64,000 nt of DNA, taken from contig CAYMRP010000004.1 in NCBI GenBank assembly GCA_964392925.1, forward strand, positions 71,184-135,183. The letters are read 5' to 3'. This stretch comes from an uncultured Gammaproteobacteria bacterium. Its GTDB lineage: Bacteria > Patescibacteriota > Microgenomatia > Daviesbacterales > UBA10151. A program made the translations under genes and the position numbers. This document shows, piece after piece, positions 1 through 8,151 of this stretch. The stretch's first letter is position 1, and the number at the start of each line of letters is the position of its first letter. A model generated the notes under the pieces. The model was not told where the DNA came from, did no database searches, and worked only from the letters and a program-made list of their open reading frames with translations.

Positions 1-136
1 AGAAGAGCATAAAGTCTATAAAATCGTCGATTCCCCGGAGGAAGTGTTAGAAGCCATCAACGCTTTTGAAAAAGAAATTGAAAAAGGCGACCACGGCGAT
101 CACCTCAAAGCCTCAACCGAAGGCTTCTCTATTTAA
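1..136 (+). CDS. 3' end of a gene cut by the window edge (last 44 aa: EEHKVYKIVDSPEEVLEAINAFEKEIEKGDHGDHLKASTEGFSI)
   Basis: Frame is open from position 2 to TAA at 134-136. It is missing from the ORF track because it has no start in the window. Function is not assignable; it only loosely resembles LOG/TIGR00730-type C-termini. Confidence 0.3.
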   Translation, partial: EEHKVYKIVDSPEEVLEAINAFEKEIEKGDHGDHLKASTEGFSI

Positions 137-170
137 ACAACCTAAGTATAAACTCTATTTTGTGCCTCCT

Positions 171-206
171 GGTACTTGTGGTACTTTTGATACTCGTGGT
201 ACCCTT
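171..206. repeat. 9-bp tandem repeat x4 (GGTACTTGT GGTACTTTT GATACTCGT GGTACCCTT) ending 5 nt before the transketolase start
   Basis: Direct reading shows G[GA]TAC[TC] cores at 171, 180, 189 and 198, exactly 9 bp apart. Confidence 0.8.
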
Positions 207-211
207 AAACT

Positions 212-1096
212 ATGCAACTTTCCCCTCATGATGTTAAAGATTTAGAACTAAAAGCCAACGAAATCCGTACAGATATTATAAAAATGTTAGTTGAAGCTAA
301 ATCCGGCCATTCAGGCGGTCCATTAGGCTTAGCCGATATTTTTACAGCCCTATTCTTTAAAGAATTAAATATAAATCCTGAAAAGCCTGAGTGGGAAGAA
401 AGAGATAGGTTCGTTTTATCCTGCGGCCATACCTGTCCTGTCATGTATGCTACCATGGCCCATCGCGGATTCTTTCCTATTTCCGAACTAAAAACCCTCC
501 GAAAACTTGGCAGCAGACTCCAAGGCCATCCGCATAGAGAAGCACTTCCCGGATTAGAAACAACCTCAGGCCCCTTAGGCTCAGGTTTATCTCAAGCTGC
601 CGGCATGGCTTTGGTTGGAAAAATGGATAATAAGTCTTGGCGGGTATATTGTGTAACCTCAGACGGCGAACACCAGGAGGGAAATACCTGGGAAGCAGTC
701 ATGTTTGCAGCCGGCCAAAAACTTGGAAATTTAACAGCCATAATGGATAGAAATAATATGCAAATCGACGGCCATACCGAAGATGTTTTGCCTCTTGATC
801 CGGTAGCCGATAAATATCGCGCCTTCAATTGGAATGTAATCGAAGTAAACGGCCATAATTTTGAGGAAATACTCGAAGCCTGCGAATCGGCTAAAAAAAT
901 TACTGATAAACCAACTATGATTATCGCCAACACTGTCCCTGGCAAAGGCGTAAGCTATATGGAAAACCGCTACGAATGGCACGGCGCACCTCCAGATGGA
1001 ATGGATATTGAAGGAGCTCCTAAAAAAGGCGAGCAGGCAAGCGAGGCACTACAACAATTGGAAAAAATTGAAAGAAGTCTTAAAGACTCAAGTTAA
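212..1096 (+). CDS. tkt: Transketolase, N-terminal (TPP-binding) subunit of a split enzyme
   Basis: Contains the GHSGGPLGLADIF motif, SCGHTCPV, TSDGEHQEGNTWEA and NNMQIDG, all typical of a transketolase N-terminal half. It is followed directly by the C-terminal half. Confidence 0.9.
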   Translation: MQLSPHDVKDLELKANEIRTDIIKMLVEAKSGHSGGPLGLADIFTALFFKELNINPEKPEWEERDRFVLSCGHTCPVMYATMAHRGFFPISELKTLRKLGSRLQGHPHREALPGLETTSGPLGSGLSQAAGMALVGKMDNKSWRVYCVTSDGEHQEGNTWEAVMFAAGQKLGNLTAIMDRNNMQIDGHTEDVLPLDPVADKYRAFNWNVIEVNGHNFEEILEACESAKKITDKPTMIIANTVPGKGVSYMENRYEWHGAPPDGMDIEGAPKKGEQASEALQQLEKIERSLKDSS

Positions 1097-1103
1097 AAGT
1101 CAT

Positions 1104-2078
1104 ATGCAAAATAACCTAAATCCAAAATTATTTGATGATGATATCGAGCAAGTTCCGTCCCGGAACGGTTTTGGCGAAGGCTTAGTTATAGCTGGTGAAG
1201 AAAATCCAAACGTCGTTGCTCTCTGCGCAGATCTCACAGAATCGACTAGGATGGAAGGATTTAAAAAGAAATTCCCTGAACGCTTCGTTGAAGTTGGAGT
1301 TGCCGAGCAAAACCTGGTAACTGTCGCCTCCGGCATGGCGCATGAAGGCAAAATCCCATTCACCTCCTCATACGCCACATTCTCCCCAGGTAGAAACTGG
1401 GAGCAAATAAGAACCACAATTTGCTACAACAATCAGCCAGTTAAAATAATCGGCAACCACACCGGAGTCTCAGTCGGTCCCGATGGCGCAACTCATCAAG
1501 CGTTGGAAGATATCGCTCTGATGCGTGTTCTCCCCAATATGATCGTCGTTGTTCCGGCAGACTCAATCGAAGCTAAAAAAGCCACTATCGCTATCGCCAA
1601 AAATGGCAAACCAAGCTACCTTAGACTTTCCAGAGACAAGACCCCGGTTATTACTACTGAAGACTCATCGTTTGAGATAGGCAAAGCCGAAGTTCTAAAT
1701 AATGGTAATGACGTGACTATTATTGCTTGTGGCCAAATGGTGTACCTCGCTTTAAAAGTTGCTAAAACCCTTGAAGAGGATAAGATTAGTGTTCGGGTAA
1801 TAAATTGCCACACAATTAAACCTTTAGACACAAAAACAATCCTAAATGCCGCAGAAGAAACTGGTGCCATAGTTACAGTCGAAGAACACCAAATAGCTGG
1901 TGGTTTAGGCAGCGCAGTCGCAGAAGTCGTTTCAGAATCATATCCTGTGCCCATTAAACGAATCGGCATTGAAGACAGTTTTGGCGAAAGTGGTTCGACT
2001 GCAGAGCTGATGACAAAATATGGCCTAACTGAAGAGCATATAAAGAAAGCTGTTCTCGAAGTAATTAGGCGAAAGTAA
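1104..2078 (+). CDS. tkt: Transketolase, C-terminal (pyrimidine-binding plus C-terminal domain) subunit
   Basis: Contains VEVGVAEQNLV, GPDGATHQALEDIALMR and FGESG. The start is moved to the ATG at 1104 (MQNNLNPKLF). The track start at 996 would overlap the upstream subunit by 100 nt. Confidence 0.88.
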   Translation: MQNNLNPKLFDDDIEQVPSRNGFGEGLVIAGEENPNVVALCADLTESTRMEGFKKKFPERFVEVGVAEQNLVTVASGMAHEGKIPFTSSYATFSPGRNWEQIRTTICYNNQPVKIIGNHTGVSVGPDGATHQALEDIALMRVLPNMIVVVPADSIEAKKATIAIAKNGKPSYLRLSRDKTPVITTEDSSFEIGKAEVLNNGNDVTIIACGQMVYLALKVAKTLEEDKISVRVINCHTIKPLDTKTILNAAEETGAIVTVEEHQIAGGLGSAVAEVVSESYPVPIKRIGIEDSFGESGSTAELMTKYGLTEEHIKKAVLEVIRRK

Positions 2079-2081
2079 TCT

Positions 2082-2237
2082 ATGTGTAATCTCTGCGGTG
2101 TAGTCACCATACCTCTCGATTTCCTACTCTCACTCTTAATGCTCGCCCTATCATACTTAATAATGATTTCTCAAATGGCCGTTATGTTTATATCCCGTTT
2201 TCTTGAATACAACCTCCGCAAATTCACCCAAAAATAA
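2082..2237 (+). CDS. Possible 51-aa hydrophobic small protein (MCNLCGVVTIPLDFLLSLLMLALSYLIMISQMAVMF...)
   Basis: ATG lies 3 nt after the tkt stop and the translation has one clear hydrophobic span. It is below the ORF-track length cut-off and shows no homology signal. Confidence 0.25.
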   Translation: MCNLCGVVTIPLDFLLSLLMLALSYLIMISQMAVMFISRFLEYNLRKFTQK

Positions 2238-2245
2238 TCTCCACT

Positions 2246-2266
2246 TTTCGAACATAGTGAGAAAAT
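2246..2266 (+). repeat. Copy 1 of a dispersed 21-nt motif TTTCGARCNYAGYGAGAAAA
   Basis: TTTCGAACATAGTGAGAAAAT here closely matches the copies at 59729 and 59765. Confidence 0.6.
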
Positions 2267-2342
2267 GCCTTAAGGAAGCAAATCCGGGAAACTGCGGGGT
2301 TTACACGCCAATACTCTTTGTGTAGAATCTTTTAACTAACGC

Positions 2343-3113
2343 ATGGACAAGACTGAGACTACTTCTTTCATTACCACACCAACAGCAATCTTAATCGGAT
2401 CGATCTTAATCTCTATTTCCTTATTAATCTCTGGCGGTGCTGTTCAAATAAAAGGTTTTAATTCTGGCGCGGCTGGTGTACCTACAGCCCCAGGAGCTCC
2501 TGCAGCTCCAGGCGCACCCACAGCTGCAGCCCCAGCTGAGCCAACATCTGCCACAGTCTCTATAGACGATGATCCCATCTTAGGAAATGCGGACGCTCCT
2601 GTCACCATAGTTGAATTCTCCGACTATGAATGCCCATTCTGCAAAAGACATTTTGAACAGACTTATGCTCAACTAAAAACTAACTACATAGAAACAGGCA
2701 AGGTAAAGTTAGTTTTCCGTGATCTCCCGCTTTCTTTCCATGATCCTCTAGCTACAAAAGAAGCAATCGCTGCCAATTGCGCTAGAGAGCAGGGCAATGA
2801 TCAGACTTATTTCAAGATGCATGAGGCACTTTTTCAAACCACAACATCAAATGGTAGTGGCATGACCATGGATCAGCTTTACGGTTTAGCCGGGAAAGTC
2901 GGTATTGATCAAACTGCTTTCAAAACCTGTATCGATGCCGATAAATATAAAGATGAAGTAGCCAAAGACTTAGCAGATGCCGGTGCAGCCGGAGCAACTG
3001 GAACTCCTAGTTTTGTGATTGGTAAATCAGGCAAAGAAGTCTCAGGTAAGTTAATAGTTGGAGCTCAGCCGTACGCAGCATTCCAAGCCGAAATCGATGC
3101 TTTGTTAAAGTAA
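2343..3113 (+). CDS. Membrane-anchored DsbA-family thiol:disulfide oxidoreductase
   Basis: Has an N-terminal TM helix, an Ala/Pro linker and a thioredoxin-fold CPFC active site (FSDYECPFCKRH). The C-terminal GTPSFVIG motif is typical of the DsbA/thioredoxin_4 family. Confidence 0.8.
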   Translation: MDKTETTSFITTPTAILIGSILISISLLISGGAVQIKGFNSGAAGVPTAPGAPAAPGAPTAAAPAEPTSATVSIDDDPILGNADAPVTIVEFSDYECPFCKRHFEQTYAQLKTNYIETGKVKLVFRDLPLSFHDPLATKEAIAANCAREQGNDQTYFKMHEALFQTTTSNGSGMTMDQLYGLAGKVGIDQTAFKTCIDADKYKDEVAKDLADAGAAGATGTPSFVIGKSGKEVSGKLIVGAQPYAAFQAEIDALLK

Positions 3114-3175
3114 CAATTTAACCATTTAACAATTCAGCAATTTAACCATTTAACAATTCAGCAATTTAACAATTA
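3114..3175. repeat. 24-bp tandem repeat, about 2.6 copies (CAATTTAACCATTTAACAATTCAG)
   Basis: Units at 3114-3137 and 3138-3161 are identical, with a partial third unit from 3162. The repeat lies between dsbA-like and the kinase gene. Confidence 0.85.
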
Positions 3176-3202
3176 ATTTATGCTATATTGTTACTACCTG
3201 CT

Positions 3203-4423
3203 ATGAATTTTGATCTTGAAAATGATTTTCAAATTTTTGATGAACTCCTAAAAAAACGGCCCGAAATCTCGACTGATTCTTTCAAAAAAGATCTTCAAAA
3301 CTTTTTCCTCCCTTATGCCGAGAAGCTTCTAAAGCTTAAGGAATCAGCAGATAAAGCTATAGTTATCGGAGTCTCTGCCATTCAGGGTGCTGGCAAAACC
3401 ACGCAGGGTGAAATCCTAGAGATCCTCCTCCGGCATTTTAATAAAACATCAGTTAGTCTTTCGATTGACGATCATTACATTACTCATAAAGAGCTCTGTG
3501 AATTAAGACAACAGGATTCAAGGTTTATCAGGCGTGGAGTGACCCACGATATTGGTCTTGCGATAAGAAATATTAATGATTTAGTAGATTTTAAATCCCC
3601 AATAATCATTGCTCAATATGATAAAGGTGCACAAATGGGGGACGGAGATAGGTTTGCCTTTATAACACCTGTTGAAAATTTAACTCTTAAAGCCAAAGTT
3701 TTTGAAGAGGATCTGATTATTAATAAACTTCCTCAAACTGAAAAAGCTCTTAAGTTGTTGTCCTCTCAGTACGGCTCTGAAGATTTGAAATTGCCCGAAA
3801 ATATGGGTTCGGATATCCCAATAACTGAGGAATTTCTTCCTCAACCGCTTTGCGACTTTCTTTCCAGAATTGATAATCAGGTTGTTACAATTACCCGAGT
3901 CCAGGATAAGGTCTATTTTAGAGGTGGGGAAGATTTAGAAGTAAATATTAGTGATCTGCCAAAAGGCTGGAGACTAGTTCCTCAAAAACCCGATTTTATT
4001 TTCTATGACGGCTGGATGTTAGGTGCTAGAAAAGTTCAGGATGAGTCTGCATTTAGTCCTGAACTGCCTGCGCTGGAAGGCCCTAACTCTAGGGACTTCG
4101 CAATTTTTATTAATAATAAGCTCACTCATTACAATCCTTTATGGGACTTAATAGACTTTACCTGTGTTTTATATGTGCCTAATTATCAAATGTCTCTCAA
4201 ATGGAGAGATCAGGCAGAAGAATCCTTACGCACTCAGGGAAAAGGCATGACCCCGGATCAAATCCGTGAATTCGTTTACTATTTCTGGCGCTCAGTCCAT
4301 CCGGCCATTCAAATTAAAAATCTAGCCCAAGATCCCGAAACAGACCAGGTAATTATTATTAACGACGATCACACAATAAAAGAAGTATTGAAGCCGGAAG
4401 AAGTAGCAGTTAGGTATCAGTAA
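3203..4423 (+). CDS. P-loop kinase of the D-glycerate 3-kinase (GLYK/COG4240)-like family carrying a large insertion
   Basis: Contains Walker A GVSAIQGAGKTTQG, SIDDHY, YDKGAQMGDGDR and FYDGWMLG, which match GLYK signature blocks from memory. The start is set at the ATG at 3203; the track uses TTG at 3188. Confidence 0.55.
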   Translation: MNFDLENDFQIFDELLKKRPEISTDSFKKDLQNFFLPYAEKLLKLKESADKAIVIGVSAIQGAGKTTQGEILEILLRHFNKTSVSLSIDDHYITHKELCELRQQDSRFIRRGVTHDIGLAIRNINDLVDFKSPIIIAQYDKGAQMGDGDRFAFITPVENLTLKAKVFEEDLIINKLPQTEKALKLLSSQYGSEDLKLPENMGSDIPITEEFLPQPLCDFLSRIDNQVVTITRVQDKVYFRGGEDLEVNISDLPKGWRLVPQKPDFIFYDGWMLGARKVQDESAFSPELPALEGPNSRDFAIFINNKLTHYNPLWDLIDFTCVLYVPNYQMSLKWRDQAEESLRTQGKGMTPDQIREFVYYFWRSVHPAIQIKNLAQDPETDQVIIINDDHTIKEVLKPEEVAVRYQ

Positions 4424-4528
4424 AATTTCTAATTTCTAAGTGCTCTAATTACTAAACAAATCCCAATACTCAAAATTGGGACTTTGGTTATTTCTTAGGT
4501 TAATTAGAAATTAGGTTAATTAGAAATT
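4424..4528. repeat. Copy A of a dispersed ~105-117-bp palindromic intergenic element (MITE/REP-like)
   Basis: It starts right after the TAA at 4421-4423. The 5' AATTTCTAAT is the reverse complement of the 3' ATTAGAAATT. It shares 26 of 27 nt at the 5' end and a 22-nt block (AATTAGAAATTAGGTTAATTAG) with 41434-41550. Confidence 0.75.
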
Positions 4529-4533
4529 AAACC

Positions 4534-5520
4534 ATGTACGATCTTATAACTATCGGAGACACAGTCATTGATACCTATCTGCCGATTGATGATGCCCAAG
4601 TTCTTGATAAAAAAGGCGTTAAATATCTTGGTTTAAAGTATGGTTATAAAATCCCCGTTTCTGACGGAGTTTCTGTGGTTGCCGGCAATGCCGCCAATAA
4701 CTCTATCGGAGCCTCCCGGCTGAAGCTAAAAACCGCAATCTATACTAATGTCGGGAATAAAGACGACGAGCAAAATGATGATCGTATCAAAGCTAAATTG
4801 AAGCAGGAAGGTGTGGATGTTCGCTATATAAAAGAAACTGACGATCTTCCTTCAAATCACAATATCGTCCTGACTTATAAAGGTGAGCGAACAATACTAG
4901 TCCATCACCAGCCATTCAAATTCGAGCTTCCAGACTTGGATAAATCTAAATGGGTTTATTTAACTTCAATGGCCCCAAATTATATTGAAACTCCCCTTGT
5001 AAATCAGCTTATCAATTACCTAGAGAGATCAAACGCTAAGCTTGCTTACCAGCCAGGCACTTTTCAGGTCAAACTGCGAGCAAAAAAACAGCACCGAATA
5101 TTATCTTTAGTTAATTTCTTGATTATGAACGCAGAAGAAGCAATTCATTTTCTGGAGCAGGAAGCCAATGAGCCCGTTCCAATTAAAAAACTTCTTAATA
5201 TGCTTTATCAATTAGGTCCTCGGTTAGTTGTTATCACTGATGGTAAAAAAGGCTCATTTGGTTTTGATGGAAAAAAGTATTTCTCGCTTGATGTCTTCCC
5301 TGCCAAGCTTGTCGAAATGACTGGTGCAGGGGATTCATTCGCAACCGGCACTCTGGCCGGCCTCTTTTACGGACATTCACTTGAAGAATCAATGCGCTGG
5401 GGCGGAGTTAATTCAGCCTCAGTCGTCGAACACATGGGATCAACCCCCGGATTATTAACACTAAACAAAATGGAAGAAAAACTAAAGGAACACAAAAAAA
5501 TTACTGCAAATGAATTATGA
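4534..5520 (+). CDS. PfkB-family carbohydrate kinase (ribokinase-like)
   Basis: Has an N-terminal GD..ID motif, and TGAGDSFATG (the PfkB signature 2 region) near the C-terminus. Confidence 0.8.
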   Translation: MYDLITIGDTVIDTYLPIDDAQVLDKKGVKYLGLKYGYKIPVSDGVSVVAGNAANNSIGASRLKLKTAIYTNVGNKDDEQNDDRIKAKLKQEGVDVRYIKETDDLPSNHNIVLTYKGERTILVHHQPFKFELPDLDKSKWVYLTSMAPNYIETPLVNQLINYLERSNAKLAYQPGTFQVKLRAKKQHRILSLVNFLIMNAEEAIHFLEQEANEPVPIKKLLNMLYQLGPRLVVITDGKKGSFGFDGKKYFSLDVFPAKLVEMTGAGDSFATGTLAGLFYGHSLEESMRWGGVNSASVVEHMGSTPGLLTLNKMEEKLKEHKKITANEL

Positions 5521-6217
5521 TGTTATTATGTCCATAAACCAAAAAGGCCTGACTGCAATATTTATTATTGTAAGCCTGCTGGTTTTTAGTAGTGCTATAG
5601 GCGGAGCCTATTTTTTTGGCACACAATCTAAAGCACCTGTCCCTTCCCCAAGCTTAGGCCCCTCATCAACGCCCTCTGTTGCACCAATTCTAAGTCCTCT
5701 TCCTTCCCAAACAGCAGCCACTCCGAGCCCAAGTGCTCAGGCTTCAGTTGTCACCACTCCTGTAACCGCTGTCAAAACCGAGCTAAAAATTACTTCAACT
5801 GTCCTTAATAACTCTCTCCCCTCAGGTTGGAAAACCATAAACAGCGCTAACAATAGCTTTCAGGTAGGCTATGATCCAAATCTGTATGAGGGAGAACAAA
5901 CAGCTTCATTTGCTGATAGTATTAACATTGAGAGAAGTAAAGAATGCTGTTTTAACTTTAACATTAATATAAAACCTTACAATGGTGGTTCAAGACATTC
6001 ATTCATAGGTAATTATGATAAAACTCCTCAGACTTATGAAAAAGATTATTACATAAAAGGTCGAAATGGCTTAGTGATATACAACATAATCTCCTCCTCA
6101 GCCTCAGCAATTGGCATGGTCAATATAGACGGTAAAAGAGCTTTTTATCTTACTTTCTATGGAAGCGACCAAGCATATATAGAGAAAGTATTGGCAAGCC
6201 TGAGAGTCCTACCCTAG
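5510..6217 (+). CDS. Hypothetical N-terminally anchored extracytoplasmic protein with a Ser/Pro-rich linker
   Basis: One TM helix (LTAIFIIVSLLVFSSAIGGAYFF), then a P/S/T-rich stretch and a globular tail. No recognisable motif. Confidence 0.5.
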   Translation: MNYDVIMSINQKGLTAIFIIVSLLVFSSAIGGAYFFGTQSKAPVPSPSLGPSSTPSVAPILSPLPSQTAATPSPSAQASVVTTPVTAVKTELKITSTVLNNSLPSGWKTINSANNSFQVGYDPNLYEGEQTASFADSINIERSKECCFNFNINIKPYNGGSRHSFIGNYDKTPQTYEKDYYIKGRNGLVIYNIISSSASAIGMVNIDGKRAFYLTFYGSDQAYIEKVLASLRVLP

Positions 6218-6766
6218 GAGCATCAGGTTGAATTCTTTCATTTTCTCGGAATCAAGTTTAGCCTCCAAAACTTTAACTTTCAAAGCTAAGTTAGGAAAAC
6301 TCTCCTCTGAAACTTTTTCTATAAATTCATCAAAACTAAATAAAATGGGTGTAATTCTTTCCCCTCCCTCTAAATTTTGCGGTCCAACTTTACGGCATCC
6401 CCGCGCCACATACGTATAAACAGTCCAATCAATCTTATAAATTGGATTTTCTAAATACCAAAGTTCAATTTCTTTACATTCATAACCAGTCTCCTCCAAA
6501 AGCTCGCGTTTGGCGGTATCTTCTGGTTTTTCCCCAGGATCCACTTTCCCGGCGACATTCTTTAAATGAAGTGGAATATGAGGCTGTTCTTCCTCAATCA
6601 GCATAATCTTCCCGTCCTCAGTAACGGGAATAACAGTCACAGTCTCACTTCTTTTTAATGACTCAAAAATAGCTTTTGAATCATCAAACAACACCTGTTC
6701 CCATTGATATACGTCAAAGATCTTACCTTTAAAAACTTTCTTTGCTGCATCTGGAATCTTCTTCAT
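6209..6766 (-). CDS. NUDIX hydrolase (ADP-ribose pyrophosphatase-like)
   Basis: Contains the Nudix box GKVDPGEKPEDTAKRELLEETGY. The ATG at 6766 (MKKIPDAAKK) is preferred over the track's TTG at 6793. Confidence 0.8.
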   Translation of the reverse strand: MKKIPDAAKKVFKGKIFDVYQWEQVLFDDSKAIFESLKRSETVTVIPVTEDGKIMLIEEEQPHIPLHLKNVAGKVDPGEKPEDTAKRELLEETGYECKEIELWYLENPIYKIDWTVYTYVARGCRKVGPQNLEGGERITPILFSFDEFIEKVSEESFPNLALKVKVLEAKLDSEKMKEFNLMLLG

Positions 6767-6803
6767 CTCGACTCTAAGTTTAATATATGTCAAACTAAAT
6801 TCA

Positions 6804-7169
6804 ATGCCTAATATAAATCAAAATGGTCTCGCACCTCTAATATTAATCGGGGTTTTGTTATCTATTGGGGTAATTGCTGCCTCCGGAACATACTACGCTT
6901 TGAATTTAACCCAACCTGTAAAGCAGGAATCTATCATCCCGGCGCAAAATCCAATTCCTTCGCCAAATGTAAATGTCACCATAGAAGAAGTTAAACAAAC
7001 AAACGAAGATGCTTTATTAAATATGGAAGGTGTGGAAAAAGTCGAAGTGGGGGAGAAGGATGGTAAACCCTGTGTAGTTGTCTTCAGCTTCAAAGAAACA
7101 GACGAACTTCAAAATCTGGAGAATAATGGTTTAAGTGGCTATGAGGTAGTTGTCCAAAATACTAAATAA
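6804..7169 (+). CDS. Hypothetical small anchored protein
   Basis: Has an N-terminal TM helix and no motif. Confidence 0.45.
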   Translation: MPNINQNGLAPLILIGVLLSIGVIAASGTYYALNLTQPVKQESIIPAQNPIPSPNVNVTIEEVKQTNEDALLNMEGVEKVEVGEKDGKPCVVVFSFKETDELQNLENNGLSGYEVVVQNTK

Positions 7170-7217
7170 TTAGTAATATCTCGACAATCCCAAAGCGATA
7201 TGCCAAACTAAATATTA

Positions 7218-8102
7218 ATGCCCAATCTTTCTAAATTCCAAAAAGACGGAAAATTCTTAATGCTGGCTTTTGATCACCGCGGCAGCTTCAAAAAACTAAT
7301 GAATCCTGAAAATCCTGATTCAGTAACTGACGAAGAAGCAATTTCTTTAAAAAAAGAAATTATTGACTCACTTAGAGGCCAGTTCACAAGTCTTCTGATT
7401 GATCAGGAAATCGGCTTAAAAGCTTATGAACCCAGAGATGTGCCTTATCTTCTTCCAATCGAAAAAACTGGTTATGAAGTAACGGGTGAAGAACGTTTAA
7501 CTGAACTTGAGAATTCCGTAGAATCACTCAAAGCAGCCGGAGCCTCAGGCGTAAAAATCTTAGTTTGGTTTAATCCCTACGTTGAATCGGCTCAAAAACA
7601 ATTGGAAATCAGTAAAAAAGTTATGGAGGAATGCCAAGCTGCAGATATGCCTTATTTTCTCGAGATCAGAACTTATGACGGTAAACGTGAAGCCGATAAA
7701 ATGGACGATGATGAAAGAGAGAAGATAATCCTCGAATCAATAAAAATGTTCTTAAGACATGATATATTCCCTGATGTCTACAAGCTAGAATACCCAGCCT
7801 CAGCCCTAGCCTGCCAAACAATCTCCGCCGCACTCCAGCTATCAGAACGGGAAATCCCATGGATCCTCCTCACAATGGGCTCCTCATTCGACGACTTCGT
7901 CGCCCAGCTAAAAGAAGCAAGCATCAGAGGCTGTAAAGGATTCTTAGCCGGCCGTGCAGTTTGGCAGGAAGTCTGCGCTATGAAAGGCGAAGAAAAACAG
8001 AAATTCCTAAAAGAAACTCTACCCGAAAGATTCAAAATAATCTCAGAAATAATGGTTGGTAATGCGGAAAATGTCATTGCGAGCGAAGCGTCGCAATCTT
8101 AA
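7218..8102 (+). CDS. Class I aldolase of the LacD/DhnA (tagatose/fructose-bisphosphate aldolase-like) family
   Basis: The MLAFDHRGSF block and a TIM-barrel-like pattern with a late K (VYKLEYP) match this family. The last ~8 codons are a palindromic repeat (8076-8097), so the true C-terminus is uncertain. Confidence 0.55.
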   Translation: MPNLSKFQKDGKFLMLAFDHRGSFKKLMNPENPDSVTDEEAISLKKEIIDSLRGQFTSLLIDQEIGLKAYEPRDVPYLLPIEKTGYEVTGEERLTELENSVESLKAAGASGVKILVWFNPYVESAQKQLEISKKVMEECQAADMPYFLEIRTYDGKREADKMDDDEREKIILESIKMFLRHDIFPDVYKLEYPASALACQTISAALQLSEREIPWILLTMGSSFDDFVAQLKEASIRGCKGFLAGRAVWQEVCAMKGEEKQKFLKETLPERFKIISEIMVGNAENVIASEASQS

Positions 8103-8151
8103 CTAAACCAGCTTGGAGTATAAATCTTTTAACAGCACTCACAGTGACTTT

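Noticed and set aside
996-1103. Upstream extensions offered by the ORF track (996 for the tkt C-subunit, 20098 for the kinase-like gene, 53425 for secA, 3188, 6793)
   Set aside because: The extensions overlap the preceding gene or add non-homologous residues. Internal ATGs at 1104, 20191, 53491, 3203 and 6766 give N-termini that match the family pattern.
226-2110. Minus-strand ORFs inside the transketolase genes (226-456, 592-945, 731-982, 1100-1417, 1616-2110)
   Set aside because: They lie entirely antisense to strongly motif-supported CDSs and show no motifs of their own. They are typical shadow ORFs. The same reasoning applies to the other short antisense or alternative-frame ORFs listed inside recognised genes across the window. 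Examples are 7666-8077, 8857-9099, 12764-13069, 14011-15273, 34824-35249, 39938-40285, 42810-43493, 51322-51654 and 55619-56329.
3114-3175. CRISPR array check (tandem repeats at 3114-3175, 48788-48850, 171-206)
   Set aside because: The repeats are contiguous with no unique spacers and are too short or too few. No cas genes are in the window.
5518-5520. Alternative genetic code (UGA as a sense codon, as in some CPR-related lineages)
   Set aside because: TGA terminates recognisable proteins at the expected length, for example the PfkB kinase at 5518-5520 and the ATGA junctions at 21192, 22902, 24071, 24961 and 26508. TAG and TAA behave the same way. The standard bacterial code fits.
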